DNA of 64,000 bases from Macrostomum lignano (taxonomy: Eukaryota), in NCBI GenBank assembly GCA_002269645.1, contig NIVC01000414.1:434001-498000 (forward strand). Reading direction: 5' to 3'. The translations under genes and the position numbers were made by a program. This document shows positions 27,252 to 39,300 of this stretch, one piece after another; positions within the stretch are counted from its first letter, which is position 1; the number at the start of each line of letters is the position of its first letter. The notes beneath the pieces were generated by a model. The model had not been told where the DNA came from and did no database searches. It saw only the letters and a program-made list of their open reading frames with translations.

Positions 27252-30200
27252 GCACAGCTGTATTGAAATGAGCCTCAGATAAACAAACACTGCAGCACAC
27301 AGCAACGGCGGGTAAAAGAAATTTTTACTTATTTTACTTTACCAGCCGTGTTATGTTGGTTACTAAATCTAACAAATTTGAGCTTAGAATAAAAAAGTGA
27401 GATTTTTTTGCTGTCTGCATAGCCTGAGCAGTGTTTGAACAGTGTTTGAGCACAGTGAGCACTGCAGCGTCTGAGCACAGTGAGCACTGCAGTGTTTGAG
27501 CACAGTGAGCACTGCAGTGTTTGAGCACAGTGAGCACTGCAGTGTTTGAGCACAGTGAGCACTGCAGAGTTTGAGCACAGTGAGCACTGCAGCGTCTGAG
27601 CACAGTGAGCACTGCAGTGTTTGAGCACAGTGAGCACTGCAGTGTTTGAGCACAGTGAGCACTGCAGTGTTTGAGCACAGTGAGCACTGCAGAGTTTGAG
27701 CACAGTGAGCACTGCAGAGTTTGAGCACAGTGAGCACTGCAGTGTTTGAGCACAGTGAGCACTGCAGAGTTTGAGCACAGTGAGCACTGCAGTGTTTGAG
27801 CACAGTGAGCACTGCAGTGTTTGAGCACAGTGAGCACTGCAGTGTTTAGCACAGTGAGCACTGCAGTGTTTAGCACAGTGAGCACTGCAGAGTTTGAGCA
27901 CAGTGAGCACTGCAGCATTACCCAAGCTGTCCATATTGCACAGACAGAGCCACTTTGTCCAAGGCGGTCACAGCGGATGCTAGTCGCTCTGGCAGTTTGT
28001 GAACTTTCCTGCAAAAGCAGCAATAATCAGATTAAAGCAGGTATTCTTGCAGAGTCACCGCAGATTAAAGCATTTCATTGCACAGAGGAAGGCACTTGAA
28101 ACCGCAGAATAAATATAAAGCAAAAATATTCGGTACAAAACAATTACAGCACAACAGTTAATAAAGGAATGCTATAGGTACAATATTGACTTAGTGCATG
28201 AAAAACAGGATTCGAGTCCAGGACTTCAAGCACAGGAATTCGGCAAGCCCAAATCTCATTAACCTGGCTGCAGTTCCAGCAGCAGGTGTGAAAATTGCAC
28301 TCAGAACGCCGACACTCACTGGTGGTCACTGTCATCCAGATGCGGCTTCTTTGAAGTCCAAAGGTCCCTGACGCGGTCCATGACTTCGTCCTTGACAGTC
28401 CGGTACTTGCCCGCCTGCCAGTCATCAATGTCTCCCAGCGTGTTTGGCGCCGAAGGGTTGGCGCCGGCGTCGCCGCGCTGCCCAGCTGGCGCCGACTCGC
28501 CGCGCCAGTGAAAGTCGTCTTCGCTCAGCTTGTCGGGGTCGCGGAAGCCGCCGGCGCCGCTGAGGCCGCCGCACTTGACGCGGCTCTTCCTGGCCAGCTG
28601 CCGCTCCTCGCGCAGGCGGCCGTCGTCCTGAATGATCTCGAGCAGCTCGCGGGCCCGCTGCCGGACTGGGGGTGCCACGGTTTATTGGGGCTCAGTGACG
28701 GTTTTTTGGGGCTCAGTGACGGTTTATTGGGTCTTAGTGACGGTTTATTGGGTCTCAGTGACGGTTTATTGGGGCTTAGTGACGCTTTATTGGGTCTTAG
28801 TGACGGTTTATTGGGTCTCAGTGACGGTTTATTGGGGCTTAGTGACGCTTTATTGGGTCTTAGTGACGGTTTATTGGGGCTTAGTGACGGTTTATTGGGG
28901 CTCAGTGACGGTTTATTGGGGCTTAGTGACGGTTTATTGGGGCTCAGTGACGGTTTTTCGGGGCTCAGTGACGGTTTATTGGAGCTCAGTGACGGTTTAT
29001 TGGGGCTCAGTGACGGTTTATTGGAGCTCAGTGACTGTTTATTGGGGCTCGGCTCAGTGACGGTTTATTGGGTCTTAGTGACGGTTTATTGGGTCTCAGT
29101 GACGGTTTATTGGGGCTTAGTGACGCTTTATTGGGTCTTAGTGACGGTTTATTGGGTCTCAGTGACGGTTTATTGGGGCTTAGTGACGCTTTATTGGGTC
29201 TTAGTGACGGTTTATTGGGGCTTAGTGACGGTTTATTGGGGCTCAGTGACGGTTTATTGGGTCTCAGTGACGCTTTATTGGGGCTTAGTGACGGTTTATT
29301 GGGGCTCAGTGACGGTTTTTCGGGGCTCAGTGACGGTTTATTGGAGCTCAGTGACTGTTTATTGGGGCTCGGCTCAGTGACGGTTTATTGGGGCTCAGTG
29401 ACCGTTGGTTGAGGCAATCGAGTATTGGTATCCATGAAAGTCTGAATATCAATTAGTGAGCATGGAGCAGTGAGCATGGAGCAGTGAGCATGGAGCAGTG
29501 AGCATGGAGCAGTGAGCATGGAGCAGTAAGCATGGAGCAGTGAGCAGTGAGCAGTGAGCGATGAGCAATGAGCAATGAGAATTGAGCAGTGAGCAGTGAG
29601 CAGTGAGTAATGTGCAGTGAGAAATGAGTTATGAGCAGTGAGTTATGAGCAATGAGCAGTGAGCAGTCTCACCATTAATGCCCTCGTCTTTGCCCCGCTC
29701 GTCAATGAACTGAAAGGACTCCAGAGAGCGCAGGTCGTATCCGTGCTCCCTGGCGTTGGTCACCACCCGCTCTGAGCCGTGCCTGATCAGGTAGTTCAGC
29801 AGCAGCAGCGACTGCAAAAACGGGTTGCTTTGATTGATCACTCAAAAAATCGATGAGGATATCTGGCTGCTCAGTGACTGATCAGTTCAACTGAGGTGTG
29901 ACACAGAGCTCCATGAATGATTCAGTTGGCACAGTTGCAACAGCTCTGCTTGCTGCGCTACCAGCATTTTCCTGAAGTTCCCAAACTCCACAATGAACTA
30001 CCAAAAAGCAAAAATAAGAGAGAGCACAGAACTCCCAGATCCCCAAGCCTCATCCTCAGCTCACCTTGTACGCCCTGCGCCAGTTCTTGCCTGTGCTGGT
30101 CAGCATCCGCTTCCACATCATGCTCATAACCTCGGGAAACTGCTCGTGACTGAATGTGCACTGGGCCAGCTCCTGCATCAGCTCGCCGTGCGGTCCCCAA

Positions 30201-33200
30201 GCGTCATCGTTTGTTGCTTCGCGAACTTTGGCTTCCACTTCTGTGTAGTTCATCACCACGTTAGTCCTGGCGTGGTAGAGCATTTTAAGAGCGATAAATC
30301 AATACATGTGATATTTCCATCTGGATGAGAAAGTTAACGTAGGAGAGATGGTACGAAGGGCACTGCAAAAGTTTTTAGCTATGACTACATAAAAGCTCAG
30401 ATATGTCTCATATTTCACACGTTTAAAATAGCACATAGAGTTCCCACTACACATTCAGCATCTGCTCCATTTGCGTTATGGAACTGAATCGCGAGCATCC
30501 GGTTTAGACTGCCACCTGTGCCATCAAAGGCTGTCAGCAGCTTTCTCAGACTCTGCCCCGTCCTTTGCAACTGTCACCGGCTGGTTCCGCGAATTTCGGC
30601 GCGGCCGGGATTCGCTCGAAGATGAGGCTCGGGCAGGCAGGCCTCCAACTGCAACAACACCGAAAAAAATCTCTGCTGTGCGCAGCATGATTGAAGCAGA
30701 TCGGCGAGTGACCTATCAGGAGATGGAGGCGACCCTGGGCATTCATTCGCATGCCATCCAGCAGATCCTGCACCATCACATCGGCGTGCGCAAGCTGACG
30801 AGTCGCTGGGTGCCTTACCTGCTCACAGCTGAGCAGAAGCAGGCCAGGTCAGATTGGTGCCAGCAGATGCTCCAGAAGTTCGAAAATGGCCAAGCCAAGG
30901 CGATTTCCGACATCATCAAGTGCGACGAGACTTGGGTCTACTGCTACGAGCCAGAGCGAAAGTGTCAGTCGCGTGTGTGGGCATTCGCCGAGGAGGCACC
31001 TCCGACCAAAGTTGTGCGAGGCAGGAGCACTGGCAAGCTGATGCTGGCTGCGTTCTTCAGGAGGCGGCCATGTGGCAACTGTGAGGCTGCAGCAGAAGCG
31101 CACAGTCACAGCTGCCTGGTACACAGGCATTTGCCTGCCCGAGGTGTTTGCCAGCATCAGAAAATCGCGTCCCAAGACACGAGTACAGGGCCAGATGCTC
31201 CACCAGGACAATGCCAGCGCGCACACTGCGCATGCAACGCAGGATTTTCTGAGGTCCAGCGAAGTTTCTCTGATGAGCCCACCCGCCCTATTCACCTGAC
31301 CTCGCCCCGTGCGACTTTTTCTTGCTCCCGAAAGTCAAAGATCGCATGCGCGGCAAGCGATTTACTTCGCCTGAAGACGCTGCTGATGCCTTCGATGACA
31401 TGTCTGATGCTGAGTGGCGCCACTGCTTTTTTGCTTGGTTTGAGCGCATGAAACTTGGTGTGCAAGCTGGCGGCAAGTACTTTGAGAAGCTGTGAAAGTT
31501 TTATGATAGCTTGTTCTGGCCACTGGCCAGGCATGGCTAAAAGCTTTTGCAGTGCCCCTCGTACTGGCTGGCTGTCACTGAGACTGGGATATGACAGATC
31601 CTCAGTTGCTATTTGTGGTATATGATTACATACATGCGCAACCTCCAAAATTCGGTCGGCCGTGCGACTTAGTTTTAACAAAAATGCGACGTAGTTTTGG
31701 CCAAAAATGCGACTTACATGTAAAAAAAACACTAAAGCAAAATTAACGCAACTTTGGGTAAACGGCAAGAGTAACTATGACTGTCTTATTAAGCCGAAAT
31801 GCCTCGTCAGCTACTTAGTACTACTACTTAGGTGTTTTTCGGGTGGGCATTTTTGCGACTTCCTTGGTTGGCCGCCAAATCGGTTGGATGGATCGGCCGA
31901 CTCGGCCGACTGTTGCGCATGTATGTATGATTATATGCGTGTCTCTCTGCAAGACAAATTTTCGGCCAGACTTATTCCATGTTAAGGTTGAAGAGACACT
32001 TTTTTAAGTACCAAGCCGCGAGCTGCATTCCTGGAGTTTTTTGCTGAGAATGGATGCTACATTTACGACGAAGATATCACTGCCGTACACACTTCAAGAA
32101 TCAGTGAATTGGATATGGCAAGATCAGAGAGATGGTCAGTGTACAAAGAACGGTTAGAGCAATATTTCATAGCTAAAGCCATCACTGATGAAAACATAAA
32201 GAAGGCTGAGCTCATCACAGTGGTGGTGAACTTGTGAAGATGGCTACTGTCTGCAGCGAGATCTGCTGTCTCCAGCCCTTCTTAAAAGTAAGTCTTATGA
32301 AAAGCTAATAACGGCGCTAAGAAACTATTTTGCATTGACGCCAAAGAAAATTGTGGAGTGCTACAATTTCCACAATCGAAATCAACAAGAGGGCGAAGTA
32401 ATCTTAAAATACATAGCGAAATTAAGGAAGCTAGCTGCAGCATGCATGTTTCGAGGCTTTCTGGATGAAGCTATCATGAGAGAAGTTGGTTTGCAGATTG
32501 CGCAGCAAGCGTCTTCTGCAAAAAGATGACATCGTGCTCAAGCCATAAAAATATCAACCACCATAGAAACTGCAGAAAAAGGTGCTACACTCATCAACAC
32601 TAACAAATTAACAACACTAAGTCAGGCTAAGCTCAAAAGACCCACTTTTGACAGATGCTACCGATGTTTAGCGATGGGTCATTGGGCAAGAAGCTGCCCA
32701 CATTGATCTTATGTCTGCAAGGAGTGCAACAGACCTAGACACCTAGAAAAGGCATGCAGAACCTAGCAGTCGACAGAAGCTCACAAAGCCAGACAGAATG
32801 GTCAGAGGAGAAATTACCAACCAAAATTGGGCCAAGGCACAAGAAGAATAAAAATACATGAGCACAAATCAAAGCCAAGGTAGCAATAAGGAGTCTCCCA
32901 ACTTCTCAAACATTAGTAACATTGCCATTGGTGGGAACTGCCAGCTCAGTGAAAATAGAACTAAAAAGAAATGATTCAACCCTTTCTTGGAGACTCTGCA
33001 AATTAACAACAATAAGGTGACGTTTGAGGTAGACACAGGCCTCGAATGCACAATTATTAATAAACAATTAAGTAGATCGAAGTGAAACCAACTGGCATGA
33101 CCTTGATCCTCACTTTGTACTTTAGTGAAAAGATTCCCCTGCTTGGAGAAGCAACCATGCAAGTAGTGGACAATGAAGAGATTGTCAATCATTGACAATG

Positions 33201-35177
33201 TCATGATTGTCAATGACAATCATGGCATTGAGCTTGATGTTGTAATTGTTGATGGCAGAAGACAGAGTTTATTTGCTAAATTCAAAAGGCAATAGACTAG
33301 ATACTTTAGGTCTGGACACTATCTGCTTTATTAATAACATTGTTTTAAAAGTATTAATAGTCAAAGATCATAATAAACTGTTCAGGGACATGTTAAAAAG
33401 ATTGCAAGATTATGGCATTTGACCCAATCAATCAAAGTGCCAGTTTATGATGCCAAGTATCAAATTTCTAGGTCACATCAATGCCATAGGAGTTCCCCAG
33501 TCTCCTAAGATAACCAAAGCTATCATTGATGCTCTTATACCAAGGAGCACTACTATTAGTATATTCACTAGTTGGTCTAAAAAACTACTATTAGAATTTT
33601 TTTCAAAATCTATAAGATCTACTAGAACCACTAAATATGTTGCTTTAAAAAGGTATTAACTTTCAATGGCCTATTAAATGCTAAGAGGCATTCCAAGCAT
33701 GCAAAGCTATGCTGAGCTCTGATGAGATTCTAATATACAATGACCCCATCAAGCTACTCATAGTACAGACTAACATCATGCTATAGAGTAGGTGCTTTTT
33801 TGTCACATACACTTAGACTTGAAAGAGAAGCCTATATGTTATGTATCTTGAAGTTTGTCTAAAGCATAGTGGAAATACTTTTAGATTAGGGATGGTTTAA
33901 CCATTGTGTTTGCAATAAAGAAATTATCATTTAAAGAGCTTTAGAAGGAAAAAAACTTTGTGTCTACTTAGCAAAATGAATAAAATTCACTATGGTCAAT
34001 GCTAATCTTTATAGTTGACTAAGTGTATAATTGACTTTAATAACTATGAAATTAATAATTACAATATCAAATAGTTTATTACTTAAATAAAATAGTCCCC
34101 TATTTAATTAAACCAGAGAATTATAAAACAAAAATATACCAAAAGTAAAAATTGAAATTAAGATACTTACATTTTAACATTTATAAAATACTATTAATAA
34201 AAACTAGTAAATTTTTATTGAACTATTTCAATTATTTTTTGTTTTACTTTAACTTCTTAGAAAAAATCAATGCATTTTTAAAATTTAGTTTTCCATTTTT
34301 GTAAGGCCAGGAGCTATTCATTTTGATAAAATTTAACTATTATAACTATGTACATGGAGACTATGCCAAATATAAACTTAATCATTTTAAGTTAACTGTG
34401 TATATTGATTGGGACTTGGAACTTTGGTCCCATCTGCTGTCTTAGTGATCTTTATACACCAAGTTGTATACCAAAAGGGTATGCTAGGCCCCTTTATACA
34501 TCAAGTTGTATACCAATAGTATACTCTAGGTCTCTGTAGTCTGTATACTAAAAATGCTGGTATACATGTAGGCCTATACTATCTAGAGTCTGGCATATAT
34601 ACATTTAGCCCCAAAATAACCTGTCAGTCTATCACCTAAATGGATTTCACCAAAGTGACTATCACCAAACTAAAGTAGAAGTGTAGATAAAAAATAGAAA
34701 GTAGAACTATTACCAAGGTAACCAATTCATTTCTGCAACTTGTCTTTGGCCAAAAATAGAATCCAGTTCAGTTCCATTCTACAATCCACCTTACACTTTT
34801 AGGCCTAGTAGTTATATATACAATTTCACTATTTAAATGATTGTATATGCCTAATGAAAGCAAATATTTTTAATAAATAAAAATATAGCTAGGGATCCAT
34901 TCTTGCTTTTGCTTGCATTGTGTGCCTATATACTGGTTTGTTCAATGTGAATTTTCAAGTGAAACCATAGGCTCCTCAGTGCATAAAAAATACAAACTAG
35001 GCCTATGGCATCTTTTAATAAACACATTGCCTTTTTCACTCCTTGCATCACTTCCAGAAATGGTAAAATTAAAAAATCAGGGTTAGCAAGACTAAAGACA
35101 CAAAAGCCATAACCTTATAGCCTTACTTACATTTTTTCTGCTAAGTCCTTTCCTTTGTACAATACATCTCGAAGCAT
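24495..35177 (-). CDS. CLINT1: Clathrin interactor 1 / epsinR (ENTH domain), about 495 aa
   Basis: Exons 35131-35177, 30065-30266, 29673-29811, 28320-28665, 26467-26835, 26116-26321, 24495-24673; GT-AG, phases consistent, 1488 nt. ENTH: KDLAEKMTNVVMNYTEVEAKVREATNDDAWGP..KNWRRAYKSLLLLNYLIRHGSERVV..DERGKDEGINVR..LREER. The tail carries DEFADF and DLL motifs. Confidence 0.9.
24730..26108. repeat. 29-bp minisatellite filling the last CLINT1 intron
   Basis: About 47 copies; same unit as 5157-6082. Confidence 0.95.
26342..26445. repeat. 20-bp repeat CAGTCACACTCACAGCA-type in a CLINT1 intron
   Basis: About 5 copies. Confidence 0.8.
27196..27252. repeat. (GACA)n microsatellite
   Basis: Direct inspection. 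Confidence 0.95.
27425..27915. repeat. 25-bp minisatellite GAGCACAGTGAGCACTGCAGTGTTT
   Basis: About 19 copies, intronic. Confidence 0.93.
28675..29402. repeat. 21-bp minisatellite CAGTGACGGTTTATTGGGGCT
   Basis: About 34 copies, intronic. Confidence 0.93.
29455..29665. repeat. 7/14-bp repeat GAGCAGT / GAGCATGGAGCAGT
   Basis: Direct inspection. Confidence 0.85.
30354..31561 (+). mobile_element. Mariner (DD34D) transposon with a defective transposase, in CLINT1 intron 1
   Basis: TA flanks; 30-bp TIRs CGA(A/G)GGGCACTGCAAAAG(T/C)TTTTAGC(T/C)ATG; start MELNREH at 30478 followed by a deletion/frameshift; motifs WVPYLLT, CDETWVY, HQDNASAH and SPDLAPCDF (frameshifted). Confidence 0.92.
32090..33930 (+). 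mobile_element. Heavily decayed Gypsy (Mag-like) gag-pol remnant
   Basis: WSVYKERLEQYFIAK, IVECYNFHNRNQQEGE, CCHC knuckle CYRCLAMGHWARSC, protease FEVDTG, RT FLGH; many stops and frameshifts. Confidence 0.8.
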
Positions 35178-35747
35178 TTTTGAAAAGTTAATCAGCAACC
35201 ACTTTCTTGAATCTTGTACTTGTAGTTCAAGCAAAAACAAATATTGAGGCTATCAACGAGTCAACGACCTAGTTGATGGATAGACCTAGTGATAGGAGTG
35301 AACAGCGAAAAATTACTTTACAGTCACAGATCACTCTTAATATGAAATACAAAGAACTTATCAGTATAAAAAATACCTCCTTTTAAAAGTGAAACTCACT
35401 ACATCAACATGCCGATTTCGACTGGTTCTATCGAGTTTTTACTACTAAAAATTATCACATTACTTTCGTAGAAACTATTGGTAAATCAAAGTTTGATAAC
35501 TCTTTCTGGTAGGTATGTCAAACTCTGTAAATTTCTTAGTAAGGTATATGTTTGTTTGTTTTTAACTTTATTTATGTTACTGTTTTAGACGTATAAAATT
35601 GTATTCAGTAGCAACACAGCTACGATTTGATTTTCAGGCAGCTGGTAGAAAATTTATATCTGTAAAATATATTACATTGATGTTATTAAACTTACCCGAA
35701 ATTGGAAGCTGAAAATTTGAACAACAGCCTTTTTCAACAGCTATATA
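35178..35747. promoter_or_regulatory. Probable bidirectional promoter / 5' UTR region between head-to-head CLINT1 and LRRC72
   Basis: Divergent ATGs at 35177 (-) and 35748 (+); candidate UTR donors at 35399 (-) and about 35513/35546 (+). Confidence 0.45.
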
Positions 35748-36005
35748 ATGGAACACATATTAGAAGCGAATCCAGCTTTGCACCAGGTAAGCCCAGCCTA
35801 GCAACTCGAGTTGAGAGAGTATACGAGCGTAACTTAAAAAAATAATAGCAATAAAAAAATTAAGTTGCCGTCCGAATAATGACCTAGCTTTTATTTTATC
35901 ATCTCATCACTTGAATTTATCCGTCAAATTAGCGAAAATTGGTTCCAATTTGGATCAATGTACAGTATAGCAATGTTCATAATATTTTTTGTGGAATGAC
36001 AGGAC

Positions 36006-36050
<45 letters not shown>

Positions 36051-36344
36051 GCGTATGCGCCCCAAATGTACTCTAGCTTAGAACACCAACAGCTGTTCAC
36101 TCGCACCTCCTCCAGATAGTTGGACATTGAGAGTGGGTTTGTGTAACTTAATGTGCAGAGCTTCAAGAATGTTAAGTTTATGCTCATTTTTGCTGTTGTC
36201 TATGACCTTGAAATGAGAGGTTATGTCTGGCTCATCACAACAACCATGGCATTGCAGCAAATGTTCATGAATCGGAGAGTTTCGTTGCCTATGTTCCTTG
36301 GCTCTCGTGAGTAGGTGTCGCTTGGTTTTACCAATGTAGGTAAT

Positions 36345-36386
<42 letters not shown>

Positions 36387-39300
36387 CTCTGTCCTGTCAT
36401 TCCACAAAAAATATTATGAACATTGCTATACTGTACATTGATCCTTTAGTCCTTTTATATCTTTTCAATACCTGGTTCCAATTTGTGTCCTTTTTTATGT
36501 TTTGACAGTTTAATTGTAGCAACTCATATTTCTACTTTAATAGCTCGCTATTCCATTTTGTTCTTAAAACTTAAATTTATTGCACAATATTGGTAGACCT
36601 ATATATTCGAATACGGAATTTTTTTCTTTTAGAAACTTCAAAATCAAATGAAGAGTCAGCATGTAATGCGCTTGTTTGAGGTCGAAGAACTTTATCTAGG
36701 AAAACTGTGAGTCTTTCTTATAGGCTTTACTTATGATAGTTTCTCAGTCAGTATCCATATTGATGCAGGTACTGATTTTATAAAACGAAATTTTAGCTAC
36801 ATATATTTCGTACTTCAGATCATTGGGAACGATTCCATCACTTCATTGCTTCCCTAATCTTCAAGCAGTGTGGCTTAATGGCAACAGGGTGAGTACATTT
36901 CTGGTGTCTTGTTTAAAATTATTACAGCTAGTTTTAGACCCGTGTGATGAAAATCACTGCCTGAACATTTCAGCTGTTAAAAGTGGACTGTTTGAAAGAC
37001 AACCTTCGGCTAGGGGACTTGTACCTGCACAACAACAAGCTGATCAGCATCAGTGGCTCATTGGGACAGCTTACAGGACTCAAAACTCTCTTGCTGCACA
37101 ACAATCAGCTGAGCAAAGTTGAGGAAGTCGTGCAGGAGCTGAAGAATATGCAGGGATTGCAGACTTTGAGTAAGTACCAGTATAGCTGCTAAGAAAAGTT
37201 TCCAGTAGTTCTTAACTTGTTATAGTTTAAATTTGAAGCATTACAATATTCTGAATTTCCAACCATAAATCCTGTAAAATATTCCAGTGTTTAGAAAAAA
37301 TCAGTAAGTACAATTCAAGTTCACCTTTCAAGTTATATAATAAGTGTTCATTTCTATTGAACTCGTATAAAATTCACACTCATGTTACTCTATATGCCCT
37401 TCGTTTATTCCATGCAACTCGATCACCTGCACAACATATTAAACATTTTTACAGCACGAATTCAGCATCACAGTTACCAATAATATGAGCATCAGGGAGT
37501 TGAGAATATGAGCATCAGGGAGTTGAGAATATGAGCATCAGGGAGTTGAGAATATGAGCATCAGGGAGTTGAGAATATGAGCATCAGGGAGTTGAGAATA
37601 TGAGCATCAGGGAGTTGAGAATATGAGCATCAGGGAGTTGAGAATATGAGCATCAGGGAGTTGAGAATATGAGCATCAGGGAGTTGAGAATATGAGCATC
37701 AGGGAGTTGAGAATATGAGCATCAGGGAGTTGAGAATATAAGCATCAGGGAGTTGAGAATATGAGCATCAGGGAGTTGAGAATATGAGCATCAGGGAGTT
37801 GAGAATATGAGCATCAGGGAGTTGAGAATATAAGCATCAGGGAGTTGAGAATATAAGCGTCAGAGAGTTGAGAATATAAGCGTCAGGGAGTTGAGAATAT
37901 AAGCATCAGGGAGTTGAGAATATAAGCGTCAGGGAGTTGAGAATATAAGCATCAGGGAGTTGAGAATATAAGCGTCAGGGAGTTGAGAATATAAGCGTCA
38001 GAGAGTTGAGAATATAAGCGTCAGGGAGTTGAGAATATAAGCGTCAGGGAGTTGAGAATATAAGCATCAGGGAGTTGAGAATATGAGCATCAGGGAGTTG
38101 AGAATATGAGCATCAGGGAGTTGAGAATATGAGCATCAGGGAGTTGAGAATATAAGCATCAGGGAGTTGAGAATATAAGCGTCAGAGAGTTGAGAATATA
38201 AGCGTCAGGGAGTTGAGAATATAAGCATCAGGGAGTTGAGAATATAAGCATCAGGGAGTTGAGAATATAAGCGTCAGGGAGTTGAGAATATAAGCGTCAG
38301 AGAGTTGAGAATATAAGCGTCAGGGAGTTGAGAATATAAGCGTCAGGGAGTTGAGAATATAAGCATCAGGGAGTTGAGAATATAAGCGTCAGGGAGTTGA
38401 GAATATAAGCGTCAGGGAGTTGAGAATATAAGCGTCAGGGAGTTGAGAATATAAGCATCAGAGAGTTGAGAACATAAGCATCAGAGAGTTGAGAACATAA
38501 GCATCAGGGAGTTGAGAATATAAGCGTCAGGGATCGTTAAGAATATGATCTTAGTAATATTTAGCATGCTTTTTCAACTGTTGTGAATCTTTTCATGCTA
38601 CCACCAGACTCATATGATATTAAATTGACAGTGCTGATATGCATGTATATTCTCGCCCTAAAATACTAATGAGTATCGCTTACCACTTGACTCACTCTCA
38701 CACATTTCAATACCGTGCAGCTCTGTTCGACAATCCGGTAGCCCAGGAGAAGCACTATCGCGATTACGTCATCTTCCACCTGCCGTCGGTCAAGGTGCTG
38801 GACAGGCACGGTGAGTGGCCTTGAGAATGAGAACTCTTGATTTAAATGTGAGCATGCCTTTTTAACGACTATAGATTAAGATAATCCGAGGCCACTGAAA
38901 ACGAAACGTAAAACGTATCTACGAGGAGATATTGTTATACTCGTATATACTTGTAACTCATGTGGAATCAACGTATACTACTTACGAATAATTTTAGTGA
39001 TATCTTGGCAGAAAATGGCGTATAATTGGACTCGTATTTTGAAGAAACTTTCAAACCGAGTAAATTTTCAATTGTACCGTATGCTTGAGCAAAGTATTGT
39101 AGCTTCGATATAGTTCTACAAATCAAGATTTCGTCGACGCAATGATACGGAGGTTTTTAAGCTTTTGTTTTACAAAATTTTTGTTTTTTGTTGTTTTTGT
39201 TTTACAACAAAAATGTACCCTCACAGCATGTAGTCTTAAAGTTTGAAAGAACTTCCTAACAGGAGTCAGATCAGCTTAGCGATAATCATGTTTCGATTCC

